Shown here: one piece after another, positions 35,366 through 45,187 of the stretch | Position numbering within the stretch: the stretch's first letter is position 1 | Layout: every line of letters begins with the position of its first letter | DNA from: a virus | Taxonomy: Duplodnaviria > Caudoviricetes | Reading direction: 5' to 3' (one strand) | IMG/VR virus record: IMGVR_UViG_3300037418_004154 | Span: 1,217 to 65,216 of that record | DNA: 64,000 nt | Notes under the pieces: generated by a model | The model's database searches: none | What the model saw: the letters and a program-made list of their open reading frames with translations, nothing else | Told to the model about the DNA's origin: nothing | Translations under genes and position numbers: made by a program

Positions 35366-35743
35366 GTGACCCGACGGACCCTGCTCACCCGGCACCGGCT
35401 GTCGCCCGGCCAGACGCTCCGGCTCGGGGCGGACGCGATCCTCACGGTCTCCCGGCTCGTGCCCGGGGCCGTCGAGCTCTCGATCCGGTCCCGGGAGCTG
35501 GTGGTGTCGGGCGACCAGTTCCAGCCGGGCGATCGGGTCATGATCGCCAAAGGCTGGCACCCGGCCTGGACCGCCCGCGGCCGGGTCGGCCGGGTGGTCG
35601 GCGCAGAGGCCTGGGTCGACGTCGACGACTTCCCGGAAGGGCTCTCCCCCGCGGAGGTCCCGCCGGCGACGAATGCTCCCGCGGACCTGGGACCGGGCCA
35701 CTGGCTCGCGGTCCCGGTCAAGGATCTGAAACCCGCACTGTGA
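35366..35743 (+). CDS. Protein with a CsrA-like N-terminal segment and a KOW/SH3-like C-terminal segment
   Basis: LSPGQTLRLGADAILTVSRLVPGAVELSIRSRELVV parallels the CsrA pattern; FQPGDRVMI...GRVGRVV is KOW-like. Confidence 0.4.
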   Translation: MTRRTLLTRHRLSPGQTLRLGADAILTVSRLVPGAVELSIRSRELVVSGDQFQPGDRVMIAKGWHPAWTARGRVGRVVGAEAWVDVDDFPEGLSPAEVPPATNAPADLGPGHWLAVPVKDLKPAL

Positions 35744-35753
35744 GGACGCCCAC

Positions 35754-35993
35754 GTGACACGCTACGCCCTGGTTGTGGTGCCCGAAGAGGGAGAGATCGC
35801 CGTCGTGGACGATCCGCGCGACCACCCGGTGAGGGCCACGGTGATCGCCCGGGGGTCGGCCCCGGAACTGGTGATCGCGGCGGCCCGGTGCTGTACGGCG
35901 GCAGAGGTGCACGACCTCCGGGACCGCCTCGGGCACGTCAACCGCGAGCTGGGCCGGCGCGAGAACGAGGCGGCCCTCGCCGCGGGCGGGTGA
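35754..35993 (+). CDS. Hypothetical protein (79 aa)
   Basis: GAGG RBS, coupled ORF. Confidence 0.5.
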   Translation: MTRYALVVVPEEGEIAVVDDPRDHPVRATVIARGSAPELVIAAARCCTAAEVHDLRDRLGHVNRELGRRENEAALAAGG

Positions 35994-36116
35994 CATCAGG
36001 AGATCGAGGCCGACCGCAGCATACAGAGTTGTGCACCGGGCCCTCGCCCGGGGGTGTGGGTGCAACTCCCACCGGTCGGGCTGCGAATTAACCCAACCCC
36101 TTCCTCCCGGTGCCCC

Positions 36117-37628
36117 ATGCTCAGGTTCCAGACCCGCCCGGCCCAAGAGAAACCCATCCGGGTATTCGTCCACGGCGTCGAGAAGATCGGCAAGACCTCG
36201 TTCGCGGCGTTCGTCCCGAAGCCCGTCTTCCTCATGTCGAAGGGCGAGGACGGGCTCGAGGTGCTGATCTCGAAGGGCCAGCTGCCCGACGTCCCGTACC
36301 TCCCGGTCTGCCAGACCTGGGACGACCTCCTCGACCATTGCGCGACGCTGGTGAACGAGGAGCACGACCGGCAGTGGGTCGTCCTCGACGTCTGCCGAGG
36401 GTTCGAACGGATGTTGGAGGAGTGGGTCATCCGGGAGGAGTTCCGCGGCCAGGGCGACGCGTTCCACGACTTCGCCCGCGGGCGGAAGACCTCGGTCCCG
36501 CTCTGGAAGGACTTCCTCACCGGGCCGCTCGACGCCCTGTGCCGCCGGGGCCTGAACGTCCTGATCCTGGCCCACTCGAAGACCAAGAACGTCCGCACCC
36601 CGATGGGGGAAGACCTGCTCAACTACTACCCGGACTCCGAGGAGTGCTACTGGGACGAGACCAAGAAGTGGGTCGACCAGATCCTCCACCTGACCCGCCG
36701 CGGCCTGGTCGACCGGAAGAGCCTCCAGAAGGCGAAGAAGTTCGGGGACTCCGAGAAGTACAAGAACGTCGAGGCGGCTGAGGCCCGGATCGTCTGCACC
36801 GATCAGAGCATCTTCTACGTCGCCGGCGGCCGGTTGGGGCTGCCCGACCAGGTGGACATCCCGACCGTCGACCGGCCGCGATACCCGTGGGAGGGAGCCG
36901 AGGCCGGGTGGGCGGCCATCTCCCGGGCGATCGCCAGCAGCCGGGAGGCGTGCCTGAAGGCCGCCGAGCAGTGGGCCCGGGATCACGCCCCGAAGCCGCT
37001 CACCAAGGACGAGTTCGCCGCCCTCCTCAAGCGGAAGGGGAAGGACTGGGGGGCGGCCCTGCGGGCGATCGACTGGAACGAGAAGACCACGTACCTCCGG
37101 GACAAGACGCCGTTCGAGAAGGTCGACCCGGCCCACATCACCGTGTACGCCCGGTGGCTCGAAAGCCAGCCCGACGCCCAAGTGCCGGCGCCCGCACCCC
37201 CGCCGCCGTCAAACTCCCCTCCCCCGCCCGCCGGCCCGCAGTCCGGGCCCGATGAGGCCAACGAGTACGACCTCGACGGCGACTCCGGGCCCGACACCGA
37301 CCGCGAGACCGACGGAGCGGAGCCCGAAGGGCCGGAGCCCGCCGAGCCGCCGGCCGAGGGGACGTCGCCCCCGCCCCCGGCCCCCGGCCGGGCCGGGGAG
37401 GACATCCAGCGGGCCATCCTGACCCTGACCCACGAGCTCGAGCTCGGCTGGCCGGCCGTCCGCGACAAGCACGCCAAGGCCCTCGGCCTGACCGCCCGCC
37501 CGGACATGCACGTGTCCGAGCTGACGCCGCAGCAGGCCCTCGTGCTCAAGGGCATCCTCGAGGCCGAGGTCCGCGACCGGAACTCCCGCAAGCGGCCCCT
37601 CCGGCGGCCCGAATCGGCGGCCGTCTGA
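36117..37628 (+). CDS. AAA_24 / Sak4-like NTP-binding recombination protein with acidic Pro-rich linker
   Basis: VFVHGVEKIGKTSFA Walker A, WVVLD Walker B, VLILAHSK. Confidence 0.8.
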   Translation: MLRFQTRPAQEKPIRVFVHGVEKIGKTSFAAFVPKPVFLMSKGEDGLEVLISKGQLPDVPYLPVCQTWDDLLDHCATLVNEEHDRQWVVLDVCRGFERMLEEWVIREEFRGQGDAFHDFARGRKTSVPLWKDFLTGPLDALCRRGLNVLILAHSKTKNVRTPMGEDLLNYYPDSEECYWDETKKWVDQILHLTRRGLVDRKSLQKAKKFGDSEKYKNVEAAEARIVCTDQSIFYVAGGRLGLPDQVDIPTVDRPRYPWEGAEAGWAAISRAIASSREACLKAAEQWARDHAPKPLTKDEFAALLKRKGKDWGAALRAIDWNEKTTYLRDKTPFEKVDPAHITVYARWLESQPDAQVPAPAPPPPSNSPPPPAGPQSGPDEANEYDLDGDSGPDTDRETDGAEPEGPEPAEPPAEGTSPPPPAPGRAGEDIQRAILTLTHELELGWPAVRDKHAKALGLTARPDMHVSELTPQQALVLKGILEAEVRDRNSRKRPLRRPESAAV

Positions 37629-37669
37629 CGACGGGGCGGAGATCCGGAACCGGGACCTGGGGGCGGGCG

Positions 37670-38752
37670 ATGGGTGGCGAAGAACCTGATCCGATGCTGG
37701 CGGCGGCGATCCGGTACGCCGCCGAATTCGACTGGCGAATGGTGATCCTCCACCGCCTGGACGACGGGCCCGGCGGCCCGGTCTGCTCCTGCGAGAAGTC
37801 GGGCGGCTGCAAGTCGGGGGGCAAGCACCCGCGGTTGCCGCAGTGGCCCAAGACCGCGACCAGCGACGCGGGCCAGATCCGGGACTACTGGAAGGAATGG
37901 CCGGGGTCGAACGTCGGCGTAGCCCTCGGGAGCGGGTCCGGGATCGTCGCGATCGACGTGGACCCGCCGAACGGTGAGGACTTCCTTGCCGCCCTGGCTA
38001 ACCGCGACCTCCCCCAGACCCTCGAACTGACGACCGGCAAGGGCCGGTCGCTCCTGTACGCGATCCCCGAGGGGATCGAGATCGAGCCGAAGACGACCTG
38101 TTACCAGGACGTCGACGGCCACGAGTCGATCCGACTGCAGGGCACCGGGGCCCAGCGGGTCCTGCCGCCGAGCCGGCACCCGTCGGGCCGGCGGTACGCC
38201 TGGGTCCCGGGCCGCGGGCCGGGCGAGGTCGCCCCGGCCCCGATGCCGGGGTGGCTGATCCGGGAGATGTGCCGGCCGGAGAAGCCGCCGCAGGTGGACA
38301 CCGCGGACGGGCCGGCCGATCCCGACACGCCCTGGGCCGACTTCAACCGCCGCGGGTCGTTTGTGGATTTCCTCCGTGACGCCGGCGCCAAGCTGGCCGG
38401 CCGGAGGGGCGACACGACCTTCTGGACGAGGCCCGGGAAGGACGCCGGCGTCTCGGCCAGCCTCGGCCACTGCCGGGCCCGGGACGGGACCCCGGCCCTC
38501 TTCAACTGGTCGGGCAACTGGCCGGGCTTGCCCCCCGGCTGTTACGACCTCTTCGGCGCGTTCACCCGGCTCGTCCACAAAGGGGACTTCGCCGCGGCGG
38601 CCCGGGACCTTCTCGCCAAGGGGTTCGGGGCCCGGCCGATCCGGGGCGGGGCGATCGAGGCCCGGATCCGCGGGCTCGAGGCCCGCGTTCGCAAACTCGA
38701 GCGGGCCCTCGCAGAGGCCGAACTCCGGCTGGAGGGGGTCGCCGGTGGCTGA
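37670..38752 (+). CDS. Bifunctional primase-polymerase (Prim-Pol) domain protein
   Basis: CSCEKSGGC..GKHP, NVGVALG.SGIVAIDVD, VLPPSRHPSGRRYAW. Confidence 0.85.
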   Translation: MGGEEPDPMLAAAIRYAAEFDWRMVILHRLDDGPGGPVCSCEKSGGCKSGGKHPRLPQWPKTATSDAGQIRDYWKEWPGSNVGVALGSGSGIVAIDVDPPNGEDFLAALANRDLPQTLELTTGKGRSLLYAIPEGIEIEPKTTCYQDVDGHESIRLQGTGAQRVLPPSRHPSGRRYAWVPGRGPGEVAPAPMPGWLIREMCRPEKPPQVDTADGPADPDTPWADFNRRGSFVDFLRDAGAKLAGRRGDTTFWTRPGKDAGVSASLGHCRARDGTPALFNWSGNWPGLPPGCYDLFGAFTRLVHKGDFAAAARDLLAKGFGARPIRGGAIEARIRGLEARVRKLERALAEAELRLEGVAGG

Positions 38753-40307
38753 CGACCCGCTCGACGAGGCCCGCCGGAAGGCACGGGAGCAGCGGGCGGT
38801 AACCCCCGCCCCGCCCGTGCCGTGGGAACCACCGGTGGACTTCGGGACGATCAGCGTCCCGCCGTTCCCCGTCGACTCGCTCCCGGCCGACCTGGCCGCG
38901 TTCGTGGCCGACGTGGCCGGGGCCACGAACGTCCCGGTCGACTACCCCGGGTGTTTCGCCCTGGCCGTCGCCGCCGGGTCCATGGGGGCGACCCTGGCCT
39001 GCTCGATCAAGGAGGGGTACGTGCAGCGGGGCTCGCTCTACGTCTGCTGCGTCGCCCGGAAGGGGTCGGGCAAGACGCCCGCGCTCGAGCTGATCGCCGA
39101 GCCGGTTTACAACGAGCAGGCCCGCCTGCGGCGGATGGGGGACAAGAAGAAGGTGTTCGTGTCCGACGTGACCGCCGAAAAGCTCGCCGACCTGATGCAC
39201 CAGGACCCCCGCGGGCTGCTCCTGATCCGCGACGAGCTGGCCGGCTGGCTTCTCAGCTTCAACCAGTACAAGGCAAGCGGGCACGGGAGCGACCGGCAGT
39301 TCTTCCTGTCGGCCTGGTCCGGGTCGCCGGTCAGCGTCGACCGGAAGAGCAAGGACACCGAGCCGCTGTACGTCCGGTACCCGTGCCTGTCCGTGGTCGG
39401 GACGATCCAGCCGTCCGTCCTGGACCGGTTCCGGGCGGACGCGGACGACGGGTTTTACGACCGGGTGCTGTTCTGCTACCCGAACGAGCTCCCGCTGGTC
39501 GGGGAGAACTGGCTGACCGTCAACCCGGCCCTGGCCGCCCGCTGGGCCGAGGCGGTCCACGGGCTCCGCCACCGGACGATGACCGAAAGCCCGGAAGGCC
39601 CGCGGCCGTTCTTCCTCCGCCTCGACGCCGAGGCCCGGGGCATCTGGCAGGCGTGGACGGCCGACGTCGCCGACCAGGTCAACGCGGAGGGGTTCGACGA
39701 GACGCTCCGCGGGCCGTCGGTCAAGCTCGCCGGGTACGCGGCCCGCCTGGCCCTGATCTCCCACGCCCTCCGGGTCGCGTTCGGGGAGTCGGTCCCGTCG
39801 GAGATCCAGGGTGAGGACATGCGGCGGGGGGTCGCCCTCGGGTGCTACTTCCTCGGGCACGCCGTGCGGGCCTGGACCGCGTCGGGGGTCGACTCCCGGA
39901 CCGGGCCGGCCCGCAAGGTCCTCGCCTGGCTCAAGAAGAACGGGCAGGCCGCGGTCTCCCGCCGGGACATCTGGCGCGGGCTCCGGCGGTCGTTCGATTC
40001 GACCGAGGCCCTCGACGCCCCGATCAAAACGCTGGTCGAGCACGGGTACATCCGGATCGCCCCCGCCTCGCTCCGGGAGAAGGGCGCGACGACCCGCTAC
40101 GAGCTGAACCCGGCGGTCCTCCCCGACCCCAAGCCGTCGCCGCTGTCACCGGGGCTGTCACCTGTCACCACCGGCACCAAAGTCACCGGTGTCACCACAC
40201 CGGACGACTCGCCCGCGGCTGGTGACGCGAGTGACACTGGTGACTCTGGCGACAGAGGTGACGCTGGTGACGTGGCGACGGTGGTGACAGATGCCGGGGG
40301 CGGCTGA
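38745..40307 (+). CDS. DUF3987 family replication protein (helicase-like)
   Basis: VARKGSGKT, SDVTAEKL, RDELAGW, LSVVGTIQP, DGFYDRVLF. GTG start overlaps the Prim-Pol stop. Confidence 0.85.
   Translation: MADDPLDEARRKAREQRAVTPAPPVPWEPPVDFGTISVPPFPVDSLPADLAAFVADVAGATNVPVDYPGCFALAVAAGSMGATLACSIKEGYVQRGSLYVCCVARKGSGKTPALELIAEPVYNEQARLRRMGDKKKVFVSDVTAEKLADLMHQDPRGLLLIRDELAGWLLSFNQYKASGHGSDRQFFLSAWSGSPVSVDRKSKDTEPLYVRYPCLSVVGTIQPSVLDRFRADADDGFYDRVLFCYPNELPLVGENWLTVNPALAARWAEAVHGLRHRTMTESPEGPRPFFLRLDAEARGIWQAWTADVADQVNAEGFDETLRGPSVKLAGYAARLALISHALRVAFGESVPSEIQGEDMRRGVALGCYFLGHAVRAWTASGVDSRTGPARKVLAWLKKNGQAAVSRRDIWRGLRRSFDSTEALDAPIKTLVEHGYIRIAPASLREKGATTRYELNPAVLPDPKPSPLSPGLSPVTTGTKVTGVTTPDDSPAAGDASDTGDSGDRGDAGDVATVVTDAGGG
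40145..40288. repeat. Opposed arrays of GTCACC / GGTGAC hexamers (iteron-like, about 9-bp period)
   Basis: GTCACC at 40145, 40157, 40164, 40182, 40191. GGTGAC or variants at 40221, 40230, 40239, 40248, 40257, 40266, 40274, 40283. Confidence 0.8.
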
Positions 40308-40650
40308 CGCCTGGGCCCTCTGGCACCGCCCCTCCCCGGCCCCGGGAACCCGGCGGCGGTGGCGGGTGGTGGCGACCGCGGAATCGGCTGCCGCCCTGAT
40401 TGCCCTGATCGGGTGCGACGGACTCGCGGGCGGCGACTGGATGCGTCTCCCGCGGGGCAAGCACCCGAACGACTGTGACCCCGAGAAACGAGAGGACCGG
40501 GTCCACAGCTGGGAGATGCCGAAGCAGCTCGCCGCGGTCCCGGACGACCCCGACGACGTCCCGCTCGACCAGACTCCGCCCCAGGTCGACATGTACGGCC
40601 AGGGTGAGGGCGAGGACGACGACAGCGACCACGACGACAGCGTGCTTTGA
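40291..40650 (+). CDS. Hypothetical protein (119 aa)
   Basis: ORF with acidic tail, in the operon. Confidence 0.5.
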   Translation: MPGAADAWALWHRPSPAPGTRRRWRVVATAESAAALIALIGCDGLAGGDWMRLPRGKHPNDCDPEKREDRVHSWEMPKQLAAVPDDPDDVPLDQTPPQVDMYGQGEGEDDDSDHDDSVL

Positions 40651-40696
40651 TCCACCCCTACAGTGCGGGCGCCCGCACCTCCCCCAGGAGCCGACC

Positions 40697-41875
40697 GTGA
40701 GTTTTCTCAAAGGTAGCGTGACGTTCACCCGCTTTCGGCACGACCTGCCGAAGCCGAAGAACTTTAGCGAAGACCCCCACCTGGCCGCCCTGCGGAGCCG
40801 GGCGCTCGGCCGGAACTGGCTGGGGGTCGACACCCTCGTCGGCTGGTCGGCCGGGGAGAGCGTCCTCGACGAGGCTTTCACGGAACTGAAGAACGTCTAC
40901 CCCGACCACCTGGCGGTCGACCTGTGGACCCAGACCAACAAGCTCCCGGGCGACCTGCTCCACGCGTACTACACGGCGGACCTGCGGGCGCTGTCCGCCA
41001 ACAACCCGAGCGGGTACCCGAGCGCCAAGCAGAAGCGGGAGGCCCGGGAGTCGGCCCGGGACCGGCTCGAAGAGGAAGCCCGCGACGGCCGGTTCCGCAA
41101 GCGGAAGTGCGTCCCGGTCCTCTGGGACGCGGTCCGGAACGAGGTCTTCCTCGGGTCGACCTCAGCCGCGACGGCGGAGAAGTTGGAGCGACTGTTCCAG
41201 AAGACGTTCGGGTCGGACGGCTCTCACGGGGTCTTGCCCTCCGGCCACCTCCGGGCCATCACCGCCGGCGAACTGGCGGTCCGGCTTTTCCCGGCCGCCG
41301 AACACGAGCGGCTGTCCGGGTTCGTCCCGGGGACCACGCCCGAGGCCGACGGCCCGGGGTGGGCGAAGGATTCGGTCGACTTCCTCGGGAACGAGTTCCT
41401 GCTCTGGCTCTGGTTCTTCGCCGAGCAGCACGGCGACACGCTCCAGTTGCCCGACGGGTCCGAGGTCACATTCATGTTCTCGGGCGGGGTGAAGGTAGAC
41501 GACCCGCGTGGGCAGACCGGGCACGGGACGCTCAACAGCCGGTCGGCGGTCCGGCTGCCCGAGGCGAAGGCCGCGGTCCGGGCCGGGAAGCTCCCGCGGA
41601 AGGCGGCCCTGACCCTCGTCCACCACGACGACCAATATTCGTTCGTCCTCGCGGCCGAGACGCTGGCGGTGACCTCGGCCAAGCTCCCGCCGCCGGGCGA
41701 GGACGTCAACGGCCGGGCCCGGGAGGAACACCGGCTCCAGGCCGTCCGCGACCTGGCCGAGCTGGTGGAGGCGATGTTCGAGGCGTTCCTGACCCGCCGG
41801 CTGAGCCCCGGCTGGTCGGCCGAACTGCGGGAGATCCAGCAGTGGCTCGCCCGGGGCGGGCGGGTCGCGGCGTGA
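40697..41875 (+). CDS. RdgC-like recombination-associated protein
   Basis: FLKGSVTFTRF N-terminus, VGWSAG, ESARDRL, FLGNEFLLWLWF, EAKAAVRAGKLP. AGGAG RBS. Confidence 0.75.
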   Translation: MSFLKGSVTFTRFRHDLPKPKNFSEDPHLAALRSRALGRNWLGVDTLVGWSAGESVLDEAFTELKNVYPDHLAVDLWTQTNKLPGDLLHAYYTADLRALSANNPSGYPSAKQKREARESARDRLEEEARDGRFRKRKCVPVLWDAVRNEVFLGSTSAATAEKLERLFQKTFGSDGSHGVLPSGHLRAITAGELAVRLFPAAEHERLSGFVPGTTPEADGPGWAKDSVDFLGNEFLLWLWFFAEQHGDTLQLPDGSEVTFMFSGGVKVDDPRGQTGHGTLNSRSAVRLPEAKAAVRAGKLPRKAALTLVHHDDQYSFVLAAETLAVTSAKLPPPGEDVNGRAREEHRLQAVRDLAELVEAMFEAFLTRRLSPGWSAELREIQQWLARGGRVAA

Positions 41876-41911
41876 GGTGGGGTGATCTCGCACAAGAGGA
41901 GGTGACCGACC

Positions 41912-43003
41912 ATGCGGCTGATGATGGACAAGTCGACGCTCCAGACCGCGGCCGCCACCGCGGCGACCGTGGCGAAGTACGCCAAGGACAAGGCGGTCCT
42001 GTCGTGCCTGAAGCTCGTCGCCGGCGAGCGGGTCGAGGTGTCCGCGACCGACCTGGAGACCGGGGTCCGGCTGACCCTGCCGGCCGCGGTCGAGGCCCCG
42101 GGGGTGGCGGTCGTCCACGCCAAGACGGTCGCGGACTGGCTCAAGCTCGCCCCGGCCGGCGAGGTCTCCCTCCACCGGGAGGGGACCACTCTCCGGCTGG
42201 CGGCCGGGCGGTCCCGGGCCGACCTGCCGCTCGTAGACGCCAAGACGTTCCCGGACGCGATCCCCGCGCTGCCCGCGGTCGCGACCGTCCAGTTCCCCGA
42301 CCTGACCGCGGTCCTGGCGGCCCTCCGCCGGGTCGAGTTCGCGACCGGGAGCGAGATCCGGGGCTTCATCCTGACCGGGGTCCTGTTCGACGTGGCCGCC
42401 GGGCGGGTGACCCTGGTCGCGACCGACTCCACCCACCTCTCGACTCTGTCCGTCCCGGCCGAGACGGACGGGACCGGTTCCTTCCTCGTCCGGCCCGACG
42501 GCCTCCGCGGCCTCGGCGGACTCGGGGACGGGGCGGTCACCGCCCGGTTCTCGACCGGGACCGTCGCGTTCTCCGCCGGGCCGGATGAATTGTGCACGCG
42601 ACTGGTCGAGGGCCGGTACCCGCCGTGGGGCAAGATCCTCGAGTCGTGCCGGAAGCCCCTTGCGAACGCGGCGAAGGTCCCGCTCGCGGTGCTCGCCGCC
42701 GCGGTCCGCCAGGCGTGCGTGACGGAGGACGACACAACCCGCCTGGAGTGCAGCTTCTCGCCGGGGTTGCTCGTGCTCGCGAGCCAGGGCGACGGGGCGA
42801 GCGGGCGGGCCGAGGTCGACCTGCCGGATTACGCCGGCCCGGCGGTCGACGTGGCCCTCGATTCGAGACGGCTGCGAGCGTTCCTCGGGGCGGCCGCGGG
42901 GGCGAAGGTCGCCGACGTCCCCCTCACCTTCGGCAAGGCCGGCCAGCCGGTCGTCGCGGACGTCGGCGGGTGGGTGTACATGATCCAGGCCTGCGCGGCC
43001 TGA
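41912..43003 (+). CDS. dnaN: DNA polymerase III beta sliding clamp
   Basis: ATDLETG, LTGVLF, LVATDSTHL, RLVEGRYP; 363 aa. Confidence 0.9.
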   Translation: MRLMMDKSTLQTAAATAATVAKYAKDKAVLSCLKLVAGERVEVSATDLETGVRLTLPAAVEAPGVAVVHAKTVADWLKLAPAGEVSLHREGTTLRLAAGRSRADLPLVDAKTFPDAIPALPAVATVQFPDLTAVLAALRRVEFATGSEIRGFILTGVLFDVAAGRVTLVATDSTHLSTLSVPAETDGTGSFLVRPDGLRGLGGLGDGAVTARFSTGTVAFSAGPDELCTRLVEGRYPPWGKILESCRKPLANAAKVPLAVLAAAVRQACVTEDDTTRLECSFSPGLLVLASQGDGASGRAEVDLPDYAGPAVDVALDSRRLRAFLGAAAGAKVADVPLTFGKAGQPVVADVGGWVYMIQACAA

Positions 43004-43017
43004 ACCTGGAGAACACG

Positions 43018-43425
43018 ATGACCTTCCCGGTTCACACGCTGACCCGGCCGTTCGATCCCAAGACCCGGATTGAGATGGCCCGGCACGACGCGGCCGCGGG
43101 GCGGCTGACCGCGATCGACGCCGTCGAATTCGCGGCCGAGATGTGGGAGCTGGGCCGGGACGAGCGGACGGACGCCGAGTCCCAAGCCCTGGTCGAAGCC
43201 GCGGAGGACCGGGCCGGTGAACTCCGGGCCGAGATCGACGGGCTTGAATCGACGATCGGAGTCCTTCGCCGCGCGGCAAAGGACCGTCAGGAGGTCGTCC
43301 GCCGCCTGGTCGAGCGGATCGCCGCCGGCCTCACCGACCCGAAGGCCCTCGTCGCATCTGCCCAGAAGCTGGCCGAGGCGTTCGACCTGAAGCAAGGCCC
43401 GGGCGGCCGGTGGGGTGCGGCATGA
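43018..43425 (+). CDS. Coiled-coil hypothetical protein
   Basis: GGAG RBS, ATG 43018. Confidence 0.55.
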   Translation: MTFPVHTLTRPFDPKTRIEMARHDAAAGRLTAIDAVEFAAEMWELGRDERTDAESQALVEAAEDRAGELRAEIDGLESTIGVLRRAAKDRQEVVRRLVERIAAGLTDPKALVASAQKLAEAFDLKQGPGGRWGAA

Positions 43426-43763
43426 AGGGGTTGTCCATCGACCTGGCCATCCTCGTCGCGGAAGTGGCCCAGGCCGGGTTCGGGCAACCGGCCTCCGAGC
43501 ACCGGTTTCACCCGCACCGGGAGTGGCGGTTCGACCTCGCCTGGCCGGACCGGAAGGTCGCGTTCGAGCGGGAGGGGCTGGCCCCGGGTGGACAGGCCGG
43601 GCGGCACAACCGGATCGGCGGGTTCGTGAAGGACATCGAGAAGTACAACGCGGCCCAGATCCTGGGCTGGTGCGTGATCCGGGGGACCGGGCGGCAGATC
43701 GAGAGCGGGCTGGCGGTCCGCCAGCTGATCGAGGCCCTGACGGCCAGGAGGACCGAACAGTGA
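43422..43763 (+). CDS. PD-(D/E)xK endonuclease (DUF559/Vsr-like)
   Basis: EHRFHPHREWRFDLAWPDRKVAFEREG...DIEKYNAAQILGW. Confidence 0.8.
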   Translation: MKGLSIDLAILVAEVAQAGFGQPASEHRFHPHREWRFDLAWPDRKVAFEREGLAPGGQAGRHNRIGGFVKDIEKYNAAQILGWCVIRGTGRQIESGLAVRQLIEALTARRTEQ

Positions 43764-45187
43764 CCGCGGCCCCGCCAGTCCTGGACTACCCCACCTTCTT
43801 GCGGTCGAAGGCCCAGGTCGGCACGGCCTGTGGGTTCGAGCCCGCCTGGCTGCCGGCCTTCTTGTTCGACTTCCAGCGGGCCCTCGTCGAGTGGGCGGTC
43901 CGCCGGGGCCGCGGGGCGATCTTCGCCGACTGCGGCCTCGGGAAGACCCCCGTGCAACTCGTCTGGGCCGAGAACGTCGTCCGCCACACCAACCGGCCGG
44001 TGCTGATCCTGACCCCCCTGGCGGTCTCCCACCAGCTGGTCCGCGAGGCCGAGAAGTTCGGCATCGAGGCCCACCGGTCGGCGGACGGGCGGGCGCGGTC
44101 GGGGGTCACGGTGACCAACTACGAACGGCTGAACAAGTTCGACCCGGACCACTTCGCCGGGGTCGCGTGCGACGAGGCGTCGATCATCAAGCACTGGACC
44201 GGGGCGACCCAGAAGTCCGTCACCCGGTTCCTGTCCAAGATCCCCTACCGCCTGCTTTGCACGGCGACCCCGTCCCCGAACGACTACGTCGAGATGGGGA
44301 CGACGAGCGAGGCCCTCGGCGAACTGACGCACTCGGACATGCTGGGCACGTTCTTCCGCCAGCTGAGCGACGACGAGAAGAAGAAGCGGGCGACGGCCGA
44401 CGACATCACCCACAGCCGCCGGCTCTCCTGGCGGGTCCTCCAGAGCTTCGGCCAGTGGGTGATGAAGCCGCACGCCTTCGAGCCGTTCTGGCGGTGGGTC
44501 GCGTCCTGGGGGCGGGCCTGCCGCAAGCCGTCCGACCTCGGGCCCTTCCCGGACGACGGGTTCGTCCTGCCGCCCCTGAACCGCCGCGACCACGAGGTGG
44601 TACCCGGCCAGCCGCCGCCGGGTCGCCTGTTCCACGTCCCGGCCGTCGGGCTGAACCAGGAGCGGGCCGAGCGCCGCCGGACGCTCGCCGAGCGGGCGGA
44701 ACTCGCGGTCGAACTGACCAAGCACTCGGACAGCGCCGTGGTCTGGTGCCACCTGAACGACGAGGGCGACCGGCTGGGCCGGGAGATCCGCGGTGCCGTG
44801 GAGGTCAAGGGCTCGCAGACCGCCGACGAGAAGGAGGAACTGATCCTCGCCTTCCTCACCGGCCAGGCCCGGGTGCTGGTCACGAAGCCGAAGATCGCCG
44901 GGCTCGGGCTGAACCTCCAGCACTGTGCCCACGTCGTCACCTTCGTGACCCACAGCTACGAGCAGTTCTACCAGTGCGTTCGCCGCTGCTGGCGATTCGG
45001 CCAGAAGCGGCCGGTCACCCTGGACGTGATCGCCACGGTGGGCGAGGCGAACGTCAAGCGGAACATGGACCGGAAGGAACAACTGGCCGCGCACCTGTTC
45101 GACGGCATCGTCCGGTTCATGAACGACGCCCTGTCGGTCAGGGGAGACAAGCACACCCGCCCCACGGAGGTCCCCGCATGGCTGTGA
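43760..45187 (+). CDS. SNF2/SF2-like helicase
   Basis: ADCGLGKT, CDEAS, TATPSPND, GLNLQHC, QCVRRCWRFGQ. Confidence 0.9.
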   Translation: MTAAPPVLDYPTFLRSKAQVGTACGFEPAWLPAFLFDFQRALVEWAVRRGRGAIFADCGLGKTPVQLVWAENVVRHTNRPVLILTPLAVSHQLVREAEKFGIEAHRSADGRARSGVTVTNYERLNKFDPDHFAGVACDEASIIKHWTGATQKSVTRFLSKIPYRLLCTATPSPNDYVEMGTTSEALGELTHSDMLGTFFRQLSDDEKKKRATADDITHSRRLSWRVLQSFGQWVMKPHAFEPFWRWVASWGRACRKPSDLGPFPDDGFVLPPLNRRDHEVVPGQPPPGRLFHVPAVGLNQERAERRRTLAERAELAVELTKHSDSAVVWCHLNDEGDRLGREIRGAVEVKGSQTADEKEELILAFLTGQARVLVTKPKIAGLGLNLQHCAHVVTFVTHSYEQFYQCVRRCWRFGQKRPVTLDVIATVGEANVKRNMDRKEQLAAHLFDGIVRFMNDALSVRGDKHTRPTEVPAWL

